From a virus (Duplodnaviria > Caudoviricetes): 64,000 bases of DNA. A program made the translations under genes and the position numbers. The stretch spans positions 64,001 to 128,000 of the IMG/VR virus record IMGVR_UViG_2617270876_000003; one strand, given 5' to 3'. The notes under the pieces are model-generated. The model searched no databases, was not told the origin of the DNA, and saw only the letters and a list, made by a program, of their open reading frames with translations. Shown here piece by piece: positions 30,195-39,378 of this stretch (its first letter is position 1; each line of letters opens with the position of its first letter).

Positions 30195-30283
30195 ATACTT
30201 GCTCCTTTTTTTAATAGATTCAAATGTTTACCACACAATTATATCCTAATTTATGTATAAACACAGATTGTTTTTACAGGATT

Positions 30284-30328
30284 ATTATATCAAAAATCAA
30301 TATTATTATCTATTTATTTTTACTCTAT
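30284..30328 (-). promoter_or_regulatory. promoter with an ATAGAGTAAAAATA box
   Basis: ATAGAGTAAAAATAAA-TAGATA-17 bp-TATAAT. Confidence 0.65.
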
Positions 30329-30743
30329 AAATGAAAAACTGCCTTATTTTATTGGCAGTCCGTTTTCATCGTATTTAATTTTATAGACCCAGTTTAAATG
30401 AGTGTCATAAATACGATAGTTGTTCACTAAAAAACTAGAAAGTTGAAATGGATCATCTACAGACAGACATGTTCGTTCCCATCGTTCAACATTCGTTTCT
30501 TCGTTATATTCAATCAAATGTTCTAGTACAAATCTTTTCATATTGTCACCTACTGCAATAATTATCCTTTTTAATTTTATAAAATCTGTTATTATAGTTC
30601 TATATGCATAATTGTACAGCAAATACTCCCTTTGATTGTCATGGGGAGTGTTTCGTATGCCCAAAAAATGAAACGTTTAGCGTTTCACCTATAATATACA
30701 TCTATGTATAATCCATGTCAATACTCGTTTTGGAGGAGAAATA

Positions 30744-30977
30744 ATGTCATCAGTCGAAATATTACTAAACGACATACTTGATCGAAAAGACATCTCAAGA
30801 CGAGAATTATCTCGTAGAACAAAGATTAGACAAAGTACAATCAATGAAATGTGCAATAATACAATAAAAAGACTTCCATTAGAAAATATAGCCTTAATAT
30901 GTGATGAACTTGAGATTGAAATCCACGAACTATTACGTTTGAAAAAAATAGATTCAAACGTTAAAACTCCAGATTAA
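30744..30977 (+). CDS. Cro/CI-type HTH regulator (YozG/HTH_26-like)
   Basis: L..ILD...ISRRELSRRT.IRQSTINEMCNN..KRLPL..IA.IC..LEI.I.ELL. Confidence 0.9.
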   Translation: MSSVEILLNDILDRKDISRRELSRRTKIRQSTINEMCNNTIKRLPLENIALICDELEIEIHELLRLKKIDSNVKTPD

Positions 30978-30998
30978 ATATTCTGGAGTTTATTTTTT
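30964..30998. terminator. bidirectional terminator
   Basis: AAACTCCAGA...TCTGGAGTTT between convergent genes. Confidence 0.7.
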
Positions 30999-31021
30999 GG
31001 ATTTTATGTACGTTTCTTCTG

Positions 31022-31444
31022 TTATCTAAAATTTGTTCTGTTGCTATAATATTTTTTATTCCCTAACATGCTAATCATCCACGCTTTTTCTAATTCATCA
31101 TGATACTCTTCAGGTATATGTGTCAACTTCCTATTACCAATTAGTTCTGTATCTTTACTTAGGGTGAATATTTGTTCGAATTGAATAATACTATCACGTT
31201 GAAAGCCAACATCTTCTGCTGAGATATGTACCTGTGTCGGTAATTTGTTTTTAGTTTTGCTACTTGTAATAGGAGCTACAATAACCACAGGAGATCTTTG
31301 ATTTCCAACATCATTGCTAATGACAAGGACTGGTCTTTTTCCACCTTGAACATGTCCATTTGATTCTCCTAAATCTGCAAACCACACATCATATTGTTTA
31401 ACATCTTTTAATTTATTTTTATTTTCATAAGTTAGTGTACTCAT
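31022..31444 (-). CDS. mazF: PemK/MazF (EndoA/NdoA-like) endoribonuclease toxin
   Basis: DVWFADLG...G.VQGGKRPVLVISNDVGN..SP.VIVAPITS....KLPT.V...RDS.I..EQI.T.SK. The RBS GGAGG precedes MSTLTY. Confidence 0.92.
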   Translation of the reverse strand: MSTLTYENKNKLKDVKQYDVWFADLGESNGHVQGGKRPVLVISNDVGNQRSPVVIVAPITSSKTKNKLPTQVHISAEDVGFQRDSIIQFEQIFTLSKDTELIGNRKLTHIPEEYHDELEKAWMISMLGNKKYYSNRTNFR

Positions 31445-31550
31445 ATTATTGCCTCCTAAAACATGTCTTATATGTACTGTAGCTACTACTTTATGTTTCA
31501 TTCTTCCCTCTTATGTATTTAATTATACTTATCTTTTAAATTATCTCAAG

Positions 31551-31564
31551 GGAACATTTGTTCT
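31551..31564. promoter_or_regulatory. LexA/DinR (Cheo) box upstream of the mazF-like gene
   Basis: gGAAC-ATTT-GTTCt next to the -35 (TTGAGA...TATAAT on the minus strand). Confidence 0.7.
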
Positions 31565-31691
31565 AAATAATATTTAAATTTTGATATGTCAACCCCATTT
31601 CACAGGCTACGAATTTTCTTCCAGAATGTGAGAATAGTCTATTGACTTTTTGGATATATATGTTATTAAGACAAATTTAGGGGGGATTGAT

Positions 31692-32180
31692 ATGACAACT
31701 GTGAGGCAGGACGCATGGAGTCAATCAGACGACGATACATTGGCCGAGACAGTGATTAGCCACATAAGTAATGGTAGAACCCAGTTGGAAGCCTTTGATC
31801 AGGTAGCAAGTCAATTAAATCGCACTCAAGCTGCTTGTGGCTTTCGCTGGAATAGCGCTTTGCGGAAAAATTACACAGTAGAGATTCAACAGGCCAAAGA
31901 GCAGAGACTAAATTCTAAGCCAAACAATCGGCAAACAAAGAGGATAGACAAGTCGGAAATTAACATTGACAATGTTATCGATTTCTTAGTATCAATTAAA
32001 CAAATTATAAATGATGTGAAACAAGAAAACTTATCTTTACGAAGTAAAATTGACGATTTGAACAGTCAATTACAAAATAATCATCTTGAGATACCAATGG
32101 ATGAGGTCAGAGACTTCGCTAGGATGCTTCAGAAAGTGGTACAAATGCAAGAAAACGACAAAGAGATGCCAACGGGTTAA
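31692..32180 (+). CDS. rsfA: RsfA-family (prespore) transcription regulator
   Basis: RQDAWS..DD..LAETV..HI..G.TQL.AF..V...LNRT.AACGFRWNS..RK.Y...I..AK. Confidence 0.92.
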   Translation: MTTVRQDAWSQSDDDTLAETVISHISNGRTQLEAFDQVASQLNRTQAACGFRWNSALRKNYTVEIQQAKEQRLNSKPNNRQTKRIDKSEINIDNVIDFLVSIKQIINDVKQENLSLRSKIDDLNSQLQNNHLEIPMDEVRDFARMLQKVVQMQENDKEMPTG

Positions 32181-32200
32181 TTCCCGGAAGCATCTCTTTT
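32160..32200. terminator. terminator after the rsfA-like gene
   Basis: AAAGAGATGC...GCATCTCTTTT. Confidence 0.65.
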
Positions 32201-32227
32201 CTTCGTGAAATTCGTCTTTTATTGAAA

Positions 32228-32527
32228 TTAACCAAACGGATTGAGAATCTTTGTTCTTCCATCATCTTCATATTTCTCCCAAGCTTCAGAAGCCCAGTCC
32301 ATTATATCACTGGTGAAAATTGAATCACTGGCAGCACTTTCGCCAACACCGCCGTTTCCTTTGTCAAAGGTGCTCCATCTAGTTACATATTCAAGATGCG
32401 AAACTGCACCAGCACCAGCACCTTGGATAAGTTCAAAGTGAGCATTTGTTTTTAGAATAAGGACATAGTCCTGTGAATCGTCTACGGCACTTAAGGTTCC
32501 CTTTAATTGATCTAGTGTTGGCTTCAT
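32228..32527 (-). CDS. hypothetical protein (probable start MKPTLDQ)
   Basis: GGGAGG RBS before the ATG at 32527. Confidence 0.65.
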   Translation of the reverse strand: MKPTLDQLKGTLSAVDDSQDYVLILKTNAHFELIQGAGAGAVSHLEYVTRWSTFDKGNGGVGESAASDSIFTSDIMDWASEAWEKYEDDGRTKILNPFG

Positions 32528-32603
32528 AAAATGCCTCCCATATTTACATATGTACTCCAATAGGATACCACATAATATTAATGTATTGATTACAGCAGAG
32601 TAA

Positions 32604-32813
32604 TTATTGATAACTTCTTTTTGCAATCTCAAATAAGATAGGCTCTGTCATCATATGGATAGGATATGTTGATTGTAACTCCTTGTAACTCTCCCACAAA
32701 GTCCGAACTCTTGCTTCCATAGGTAAATATCCTTGTTTTCTCCATTCGACAATCTCATCAAAACACGTTTTCAAATCATCGTCGGATAATTTTGAAATCA
32801 TTTCTTCTAACAT
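32604..32813 (-). CDS. small helical protein, paralogue of 38729..38959
   Basis: EWRKQGYL...IHMMTEPILFEIAKR. Confidence 0.7.
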   Translation of the reverse strand: MLEEMISKLSDDDLKTCFDEIVEWRKQGYLPMEARVRTLWESYKELQSTYPIHMMTEPILFEIAKRSYQ

Positions 32814-32853
32814 ACATACTCTCCTTTTGTATGACATGAAATCTACATTTCAT

Positions 32854-33216
32854 CTAGTTACCAGAATACACATTCTTTGTGATTGGATAATAATAAATCT
32901 CAATATCTTCGTGAATGAAGCCTCTTCTTTGAGCAGCCAAAAGAGTTTCATACATGTTTGCTCTTCCTACGGGATTGTCTGTATGTAAATATATCTTATC
33001 AACTTTTAATCCATACTCACAAAAATATTTAACTAAATCATAGCCATTTGGTAACTCATGTCCATGTTCATCTTCGCCTAGATCATGATCCAGAGTCAAA
33101 ATATTAACATCTTGAGATTCAATAATGGCTATTGCCTCTTCATATGTACGAGCAAGTATAAACCCTTCAGGACAATCACGAAGATCGTCTACATACAGGT
33201 TAATTTGCTGTGGCAT
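32854..33216 (-). CDS. cyclic-phosphate-processing receiver-domain protein
   Basis: LYVDDLR..P.GF..ART..EAI...LDHDLG...GYD......HT.NP.G..NM. Confidence 0.85.
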   Translation of the reverse strand: MPQQINLYVDDLRDCPEGFILARTYEEAIAIIESQDVNILTLDHDLGEDEHGHELPNGYDLVKYFCEYGLKVDKIYLHTDNPVGRANMYETLLAAQRRGFIHEDIEIYYYPITKNVYSGN

Positions 33217-33249
33217 GTGCTCACTCCTCTCAGTAAAACTTGCATTTGA

Positions 33250-33513
33250 TTAAGAATTCAATCTTAAAAGAGTTTCTTGATAATTGTGCTCCAAGTTAGT
33301 CCAGAAGCTCTTAGGAATTTGAAAAACTTGCTGCAGTAGTGAAGATACTTTTTCGTCATCATATCTTATCTTGCTAGTGTTTAGCGCATCATAATATTCT
33401 TCACTGACTCCAGTTTCCTTAATAAACTTCTCTTTAGTCCACTCTCTGTCTTCAAGCACTTCTTTAAAGGTTTCACATGGAGGAACAGCAATTGGTGCTT
33501 GATATTCATTCAT
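33250..33513 (-). CDS. HigA-like HTH antitoxin/regulator
   Basis: AVPP.ET..E.LE.R.WT...F....G....L..VF..P.SFW.NLE..Y. Confidence 0.75.
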   Translation of the reverse strand: MNEYQAPIAVPPCETFKEVLEDREWTKEKFIKETGVSEEYYDALNTSKIRYDDEKVSSLLQQVFQIPKSFWTNLEHNYQETLLRLNS

Positions 33514-33561
33514 AACTCATCACTCCTTTTGATTTGATAAAACATGTCATTTACTTATTAA

Positions 33562-33789
33562 TCAGATTAAATTTTTCATAGTATAAATGTATCCGTAAAC
33601 TCGGTACTGTTCAATGACATGTTGAGTTGTGCCATTATCAGTGAAACACCTTACATCTAATCCTCTCTCCTGAGCTTCCGCAACTGCATTTGTCAATGCG
33701 GTATCATCAAAAACATTAGAATGTACATTAAACTCTTTAGTTGTATTATTGACCACAACAAACGTAAAACCATTTGAGTTATTTTTCAT
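33562..33789 (-). CDS. hypothetical protein
   Basis: Start MKNNSNG after the RBS, bounded by sites 33537 and 33808. Confidence 0.65.
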   Translation of the reverse strand: MKNNSNGFTFVVVNNTTKEFNVHSNVFDDTALTNAVAEAQERGLDVRCFTDNGTTQHVIEQYRVYGYIYTMKNLI

Positions 33790-34158
33790 TATAATCTCTC
33801 CTTTTTTATGAAAGAACCACTTCAAAGTGATCTAAGTACCCATCAATTCATTCAAGCATTCTATAATATCAATACTTCTGTATTATAAGTTAGTTCCCAA
33901 AATTGCTCCAAGGCTGCGCTCATGGCTCTCCATCGAGTTGTGGCCTCTTCCTCTATAGTTCCAACTTCTCCGTTAATTGTACGGTATTCTAACGTGTGTT
34001 TGACCATTTCTACCTCATCCCTCTCTTCCTGATTCGGTATAATTTTGCCTAATAGCACCTTGAATAATTTGCTCTATATCATCTGAAGTGCCTTCACTAT
34101 TAGATAGTCTATCAACGACAAGAAGAAAGCATTCCTCCCACATAATCAAATAGCCATT

Positions 34159-34977
34159 TTATCCAGCTTCCTGGATATCAATAAGCATCTGTCTAACTTT
34201 GTCTAAGTGTTCTTCACTCATAATTCTGCCTCCAGTATTAAGCATCAGGAAATATCTTAATTTTTGTTCTCTGTCTAAATTGTGAGTCTCAGCAACATTA
34301 ACAGTGTATCTTTTAAAATGGAGTTGATCTTTTGGAGACAAATCCTTAAAGTAAAATCCTTTGTACTTGAATCTACTTTCATAGAAATCCAAGATCGATT
34401 TATATCTCTGCTTTCCATCAAGTATCTCGTAAGCATATTTAAAACCATTTTTCTCCCACTCATCATCGGAGAGGTGAATAAAAGCAAACTTACCAATATC
34501 CACATTATTATAAATTGCATCAATTAATTTAATCTTATCGGTTTCTTCCCAAACATATTCACGTTGATACTCTGGATCAAAATCCACTCCGAAATAATAA
34601 GCTTTGTGAAACAAAGATTCTAATCCTGTTTGCGAATAATTAAGCCTAATATCATCATTTTTCACAAATGATGCTCTATTATCGTTCAGTTTTTTGACAT
34701 CCATCCAATTACAATAGCTCTTTTGGTTTTCATTTCTAATTGGATTTCCGTAATTATTGTTTATTGAAGTGTATCCTATTTCAATGATTTTCCCATTATG
34801 AAGAATGTTTAATACTACAACATCTTCTAATGCACCAAGTCCAACGCTTTCTCCAATTTCAAAAGAGTAGGTTGGATCGGGGATAAGAAACAATCTGTCC
34901 TCCAAATTCTTTAATTCTCTCATGTGATTATCTTGTTTTAGTCTTTCCTGGTTGGCTTCTGTTTTCTTTTTTGCCAT
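34159..34977 (-). CDS. DUF262 (ParB-like, GmrS-type) domain protein
   Basis: PEYQREYVW...K.KLID.I...IG.F...EILDGKQR...F..LNTGG. Confidence 0.88.
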   Translation of the reverse strand: MAKKKTEANQERLKQDNHMRELKNLEDRLFLIPDPTYSFEIGESVGLGALEDVVVLNILHNGKIIEIGYTSINNNYGNPIRNENQKSYCNWMDVKKLNDNRASFVKNDDIRLNYSQTGLESLFHKAYYFGVDFDPEYQREYVWEETDKIKLIDAIYNNVDIGKFAFIHLSDDEWEKNGFKYAYEILDGKQRYKSILDFYESRFKYKGFYFKDLSPKDQLHFKRYTVNVAETHNLDREQKLRYFLMLNTGGRIMSEEHLDKVRQMLIDIQEAG

Positions 34978-35027
34978 CTATGTATTCCTCCTCAATATAT
35001 GGACATGAAACAGTCATTTGATCTGTA

Positions 35028-35261
35028 TCAATAATTATCAAACCATTCATTAGCTGCAACCTCAACATCGACAAAACTAGAAAATATCTTTTTATCGCTT
35101 CTTGAGTCATAAATAATTCCATTTTTATCTGTTACCTCAAACCAGTAAGAATCTTCCGATTCAGAGGGCAGATGAATTTGTACTTGTATTCCCTTATTCG
35201 TTTCTGCTTCATGAAATGCTACTTCTCCATTTAACCAAGCCACTTCTTTAAATATCAACAC
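35028..35261 (-). CDS. hypothetical protein
   Basis: 77 aa with RBS. Confidence 0.65.
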   Translation of the reverse strand: MLIFKEVAWLNGEVAFHEAETNKGIQVQIHLPSESEDSYWFEVTDKNGIIYDSRSDKKIFSSFVDVEVAANEWFDNY

Positions 35262-35298
35262 AATTATCGTCTCCTCACGAAACAGCTATATTAATAAA

Positions 35299-35607
35299 TT
35301 ATTTTTTTGATTCAAATTCCTGAATTATTTCATCTATTTTTTCATTTTCCTGATATACATACTTTAGAAGTAAATTGCCTGTATTGCCAAATTTGACGAG
35401 CTGTCTATCAAATGAGAACTCTTGTCTTTTAAAATCTACATTCTCCACTTTTGAATTTTTTAGAGCATGTTTGATTTGCCATTCTATCGCTTTAGATACA
35501 TCAATGTCGTTAACTCTAACTTCATTGATTCGATTAAATGAATCCTCGTTTTCGGCTTCGTAATAGTCAATAGTTCCATCCTCAAAAAGTTTAATAATCT
35601 TTACCAT
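35299..35607 (-). CDS. hypothetical protein
   Basis: 102 aa. Confidence 0.7.
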   Translation of the reverse strand: MVKIIKLFEDGTIDYYEAENEDSFNRINEVRVNDIDVSKAIEWQIKHALKNSKVENVDFKRQEFSFDRQLVKFGNTGNLLLKYVYQENEKIDEIIQEFESKK

Positions 35608-35633
35608 AAGTTTAACCCCGCCTTATGAAATAG

Positions 35634-35969
35634 TTATTTTACGATCTCATTCCACTTATTGGAAACTACATAAATATCCAGATTCGATCCATCGAGTTTA
35701 ATAGTGTGGTTTACAATGTTATGCTCAACGACTTTACTTGAATTAATTATTACATCTCTGTCCGCTCTAATAAAATCACTACTTACAGAATTAAGTACCG
35801 CCTGCGCCTCTTCAAGTGTCTGAGGCATATTCAGTTCTCCATATGCAGTGATGTATGTTAGTGATTGATTCTTACTATTTCGAACAGCTAAAATTTCACT
35901 GTCTTTTACCCACATTACTTCAATTTCATTTAACTCATTGCGTTTGATTAATCCGAACATAGTCATCAT
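35634..35969 (-). CDS. second stand-alone LytTR-like protein
   Basis: WVKDSEILAV...YITAYGE...TLEE....L.....DFIRADRDVIINSSKV, bounded by sites 35625 and 36006. Confidence 0.72.
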   Translation of the reverse strand: MMTMFGLIKRNELNEIEVMWVKDSEILAVRNSKNQSLTYITAYGELNMPQTLEEAQAVLNSVSSDFIRADRDVIINSSKVVEHNIVNHTIKLDGSNLDIYVVSNKWNEIVK

Positions 35970-36043
35970 CCTCCGATATTTTATATTATGTATTTCGACA
36001 ACACCATGAAATAAACCTTTCGTCATATCTTACCCACATCTTA

Positions 36044-36091
36044 ATTATACAATAAAGAATTCTATTTATCAATTATTTATTTTTACTTTAT
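36044..36091 (-). promoter_or_regulatory. promoter with ATAAAGTAAAAATA box, immediately upstream of junction site 36006
   Basis: ATAAAGTAAAAATAAATAA-TTGATA-17 bp-TATAAT. Confidence 0.75.
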
Positions 36092-36263
36092 AAATAATAA
36101 GCATTACTCTATCCATAATATATGGTGACGCAATACAAAAAAGCGAATGCACTAGGCACTCGCTTTGATTAAGTCACCATATCTCTTAGCGGCTTCCAGA
36201 AGGTTAATTTCTTCGCCTGAATTAGTCCTAACAACCAATTGACCATCTTTATTACGCCCACTC

Positions 36264-36443
36264 TTAAACATATCGATATAAGCCTCCTGTACGTCTATTA
36301 TAGACTTCTACATAAGACTTTGCTTTGTGAGTCCACTCATATACACGATCCATTAAGATGTAGCACATGGCCATTGTTGAACGTCCTCCTTGTTCAATAG
36401 ACTCAACAACCTCACTGTTTACTATAACATCGTACGTATTCAT
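36264..36443 (-). CDS. 59-aa hypothetical protein (not in the ORF track)
   Basis: AAAGGAG RBS, then MNTYDVIVNSEVVESIEQGG...TGGLYRYV*. Confidence 0.6.
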   Translation of the reverse strand: MNTYDVIVNSEVVESIEQGGRSTMAMCYILMDRVYEWTHKAKSYVEVYNRRTGGLYRYV

Positions 36444-36647
36444 TATATTATCTCCTTTGTATTTTTATTTTATAAGTCCTGAATACTTCATATCAGACAT
36501 GCCTTTGTTTAATCCCGACATAATTGCTTCTCGAATTTCATCACTTGTTAATTTTCTTCGCCAATTTGGATCTGGAACAATGTTTCCTACTAACTTTCTT
36601 CTTTTTGATTCGCCCATAAATTCTCCTCACTTAATCAAATTGCTCTT

Positions 36648-37193
36648 TCATGCTATTTCGTAAATATGGTAACAATAGATTTCCTCAATTTCAGGTTCGT
36701 CATATAGATAATCCGCTTGAGAATTTTGCTTCCCGATATATTCACCCCACTTTTCCCATCTCCAACCACCGCTACTTGACTGATTCCTTTTTGTTGTTTT
36801 AGAAAGCCCCAAGACAAACTTACGATCATCTATTTCAAGTTCTGGATATTGGTCTAAGACTTGTTGATAGTCGTCGCAAACACCATAATTCCCTTTGCTT
36901 TCAACACCTTCATCCGAACATTTATTAAAATAATCCCAGTCGATATTACCATCTTCTGTCTTTCTAATTATCGAAAAACTGTCCCATCTTTCAATGATTT
37001 TATCTTCAGAGAACAATTCAATATAGTGATTGAAATTTAGTCCTGTATAATATATCCCCTTGGCGATTCGATGACAAAGCTCATCAGTTCCTTTTACTGA
37101 ATACTTTCGATATTCTTCATCACTATAATGCTCTTTTAATCTTTCATTACATTCATCAATCAAATATTGTTTAAATTCAATGTCGATTAGCAT
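36648..37193 (-). CDS. conserved hypothetical phage protein
   Basis: YGVCDD..QV...Q...GGWRW.KWG.YIG....Q.DYLYDE..IE....YHIY. Confidence 0.8.
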   Translation of the reverse strand: MLIDIEFKQYLIDECNERLKEHYSDEEYRKYSVKGTDELCHRIAKGIYYTGLNFNHYIELFSEDKIIERWDSFSIIRKTEDGNIDWDYFNKCSDEGVESKGNYGVCDDYQQVLDQYPELEIDDRKFVLGLSKTTKRNQSSSGGWRWEKWGEYIGKQNSQADYLYDEPEIEEIYCYHIYEIA

Positions 37194-37230
37194 TATTTAT
37201 TCATCTCATTTATGTATCTTTATCAAAGAC

Positions 37231-37512
37231 TTATTTCATCAACTCAAGAGCAGCCTTCAGTTGTGCTATATTCTCTTCGATTTTAGTTTTAATTTTCTCA
37301 ATTGCTTCTTGTCTTGCGAGTTCATCATCCGTATTTTCAAGAACTTGCTGTTTAATTTGCATGAAATCTGAAGACATCAACCAAGTATCTTTAGGGTAAT
37401 AAATATGACGATGAATTTTTACATCGATTCCATTTAAAAGTGCCAACCAGCAATTGGGAACTTTCTCTTTATCATTTCGACTATATGAGGATTTATCTTT
37501 CCATTCGATCAT
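37231..37512 (-). CDS. hypothetical protein (probable start MIEWKDK)
   Basis: The RBS follows site 37530, and the stop lies inside site 37222. Confidence 0.7.
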   Translation of the reverse strand: MIEWKDKSSYSRNDKEKVPNCWLALLNGIDVKIHRHIYYPKDTWLMSSDFMQIKQQVLENTDDELARQEAIEKIKTKIEENIAQLKAALELMK

Positions 37513-37546
37513 CTTTTTTTCTCCTTCCCACGAAATACTTCTTTCA

Positions 37547-37750
37547 TTACCTATTCCATATGTTATCTTCTTTATCATCATTCCTTAAAATCCCACTCAA
37601 TAAAGTAATTGTTTTTAATAATCCTTGCTTTTCAACTTCACTTACTCCTGTATGTTCAATATCATAACGAAGCCATTCGACCATTTCACTTGCTCTTTTG
37701 ATTCTCCTAGCTTTTCTTCTCAAAATTGCTTCTGTTTCAGTCTCAGTCAT
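37547..37750 (-). CDS. hypothetical protein
   Basis: 67 aa, bounded by sites 37530 and 37766. Confidence 0.65.
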   Translation of the reverse strand: MTETETEAILRRKARRIKRASEMVEWLRYDIEHTGVSEVEKQGLLKTITLLSGILRNDDKEDNIWNR

Positions 37751-38130
37751 AGAATGTCCAACCCCTTAAAATAATCCTTTCAAAAACCCCTTACTAATTC
37801 AAACCTTTGGCTAAACCATTCATCATTGTTCCATTCATGATTAATATCACACGCAATCATTTGATACCCCTGGATATGGCAACATTTGTCTTGTTTGCGC
37901 GGAAAGCATATCTTTGTAAATCGAAACATCGTAATTATCACCCTCTTTATACATGAGTTCACCCGCAAAACTATACACATGCTTTAGGCACTTAACCTTC
38001 ATATCCTTCAATCTCCTTATAATAAAGTTCTCGTCTTCTATCTAAAGCGTATCTCATCGCTATTGATTCGTTGTGTTTCTTTATATGAATGCGCTTCGCC
38101 TATGTCACCCTTCGATACCCAAGTTACATA

Positions 38131-38418
38131 TCAACTAGGAAGGATACAGGTATAAGTATGGATGTTCTCACTAATCACAGGCAATTGAAACTCACCACAA
38201 TATTTCGGATATGTAATGTAACCATCAATCAGAAAATCAAAATAGTATTTTTCGATAAAATCAAATTTGTCTAGAGAAGGAACAAGAACAAACCACTTCT
38301 TTTTATCTATTGATTGAGATTGAACCGATAACTCCATACCCTGGTCAATGTTATATTTTTCATTGTCTATCTCGTCTGTAACAGCCATAGTACATACTAT
38401 TCGGCATCTATAATCCAT
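38131..38418 (-). CDS. hypothetical protein
   Basis: 95 aa with RBS. Confidence 0.6.
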   Translation of the reverse strand: MDYRCRIVCTMAVTDEIDNEKYNIDQGMELSVQSQSIDKKKWFVLVPSLDKFDFIEKYYFDFLIDGYITYPKYCGEFQLPVISENIHTYTCILPS

Positions 38419-38443
38419 ATTTTTCCTCTCCTTGTTAAAATAT

Positions 38444-38695
38444 CTATCGTCTATTTAAGACCACCTGACTTGATTTAATTACTTCTGCTATATCATAGTT
38501 TTCAACTATATCCTTTAACGTTGAAAAGCATTTGATTACAAACGACTGTCTGTTACCACTGAGTTTAATAACTTGAAATCGCTTTGTATTAAAATTGTTG
38601 TAGATAACCATGTGGGGGTTGCCTTTCTTTGTTATGAACACATCGCCTACATTAAGATCAGATTCTTTATTCTCAATTCCCAAGTGTACTTTCAT
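38444..38695 (-). CDS. hypothetical protein
   Basis: 83 aa with RBS after site 38710. Confidence 0.7.
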   Translation of the reverse strand: MKVHLGIENKESDLNVGDVFITKKGNPHMVIYNNFNTKRFQVIKLSGNRQSFVIKCFSTLKDIVENYDIAEVIKSSQVVLNRR

Positions 38696-38728
38696 CTTCT
38701 CATCTCCTCGTGAAAGAATCCTTTTATC

Positions 38729-38959
38729 TTATTTTAACAGTCTTGCTCTATATCGCTTGACCATTTCATAAAGTAATGGCTCAGTGATTAAGTGAATCAT
38801 ATAAGTAACCCCGCCATTAATTTCACAAAACCGATCATAGGTGCTTCGAAGAATACCCTCTTGTAATACCCCAGTTTTTCTCCATTCTTCGTTTTCATGG
38901 AAGGCCGCTTCAATTTGTTCATCAGTCAATTCGGTCATCATCTGCCCAATAGTTTTCAT
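38729..38959 (-). CDS. small helical protein, paralogue of 32604..32813
   Basis: EWRKTGVL...IHLITEPLLYEMVKR. Confidence 0.75.
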   Translation of the reverse strand: MKTIGQMMTELTDEQIEAAFHENEEWRKTGVLQEGILRSTYDRFCEINGGVTYMIHLITEPLLYEMVKRYRARLLK

Positions 38960-38988
38960 TTCGTTTGTCTCCTTTTAAAATAATCTTT

Positions 38989-39378
38989 TCATCGTCCATT
39001 AAAATATTCTAAAACTTCATCTAAAGTATCCAAAGGTGTTATGTACTCTGATCCTTCAAACTTAGCCATCCACGGTTTCATAAATTTCAAATCAGCAATG
39101 GGTGTTTTGGTAATAATCTTTTTTCTCGTTTTTATTCGATCATTGTATCTTTCATCATTATCTTTAGTCATTGTGTGAGAGAAGTGATAAAGTTTCAAAA
39201 GTTCCTCATCAGTGAAATCATCTACAATGCCGTTGATAACTACCACAGATTTGCAGTCATAGATGTTGTATAGTGACTTTGTTTTATCTGTGTTTGATTC
39301 TTGCCAAATCCACCAGAACTGATTTAAGTCTCCATTCCACATTAACTTATCGATTAATGACTCTCTGGATACATCCAT
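38989..39378 (-). CDS. hypothetical protein
   Basis: Bounded by sites 38975 and 39406. The start is uncertain (39378 or 39399). Confidence 0.65.
   Translation of the reverse strand: MDVSRESLIDKLMWNGDLNQFWWIWQESNTDKTKSLYNIYDCKSVVVINGIVDDFTDEELLKLYHFSHTMTKDNDERYNDRIKTRKKIITKTPIADLKFMKPWMAKFEGSEYITPLDTLDEVLEYFNGR

Noticed and set aside
30668-30688. TGAAACG-TTTAG-CGTTTCA palindrome as a junction site
   Set aside because: The spacing differs from the 6-N6-6 geometry. It may be an operator of the neighbouring HTH gene, but that is unsupported.
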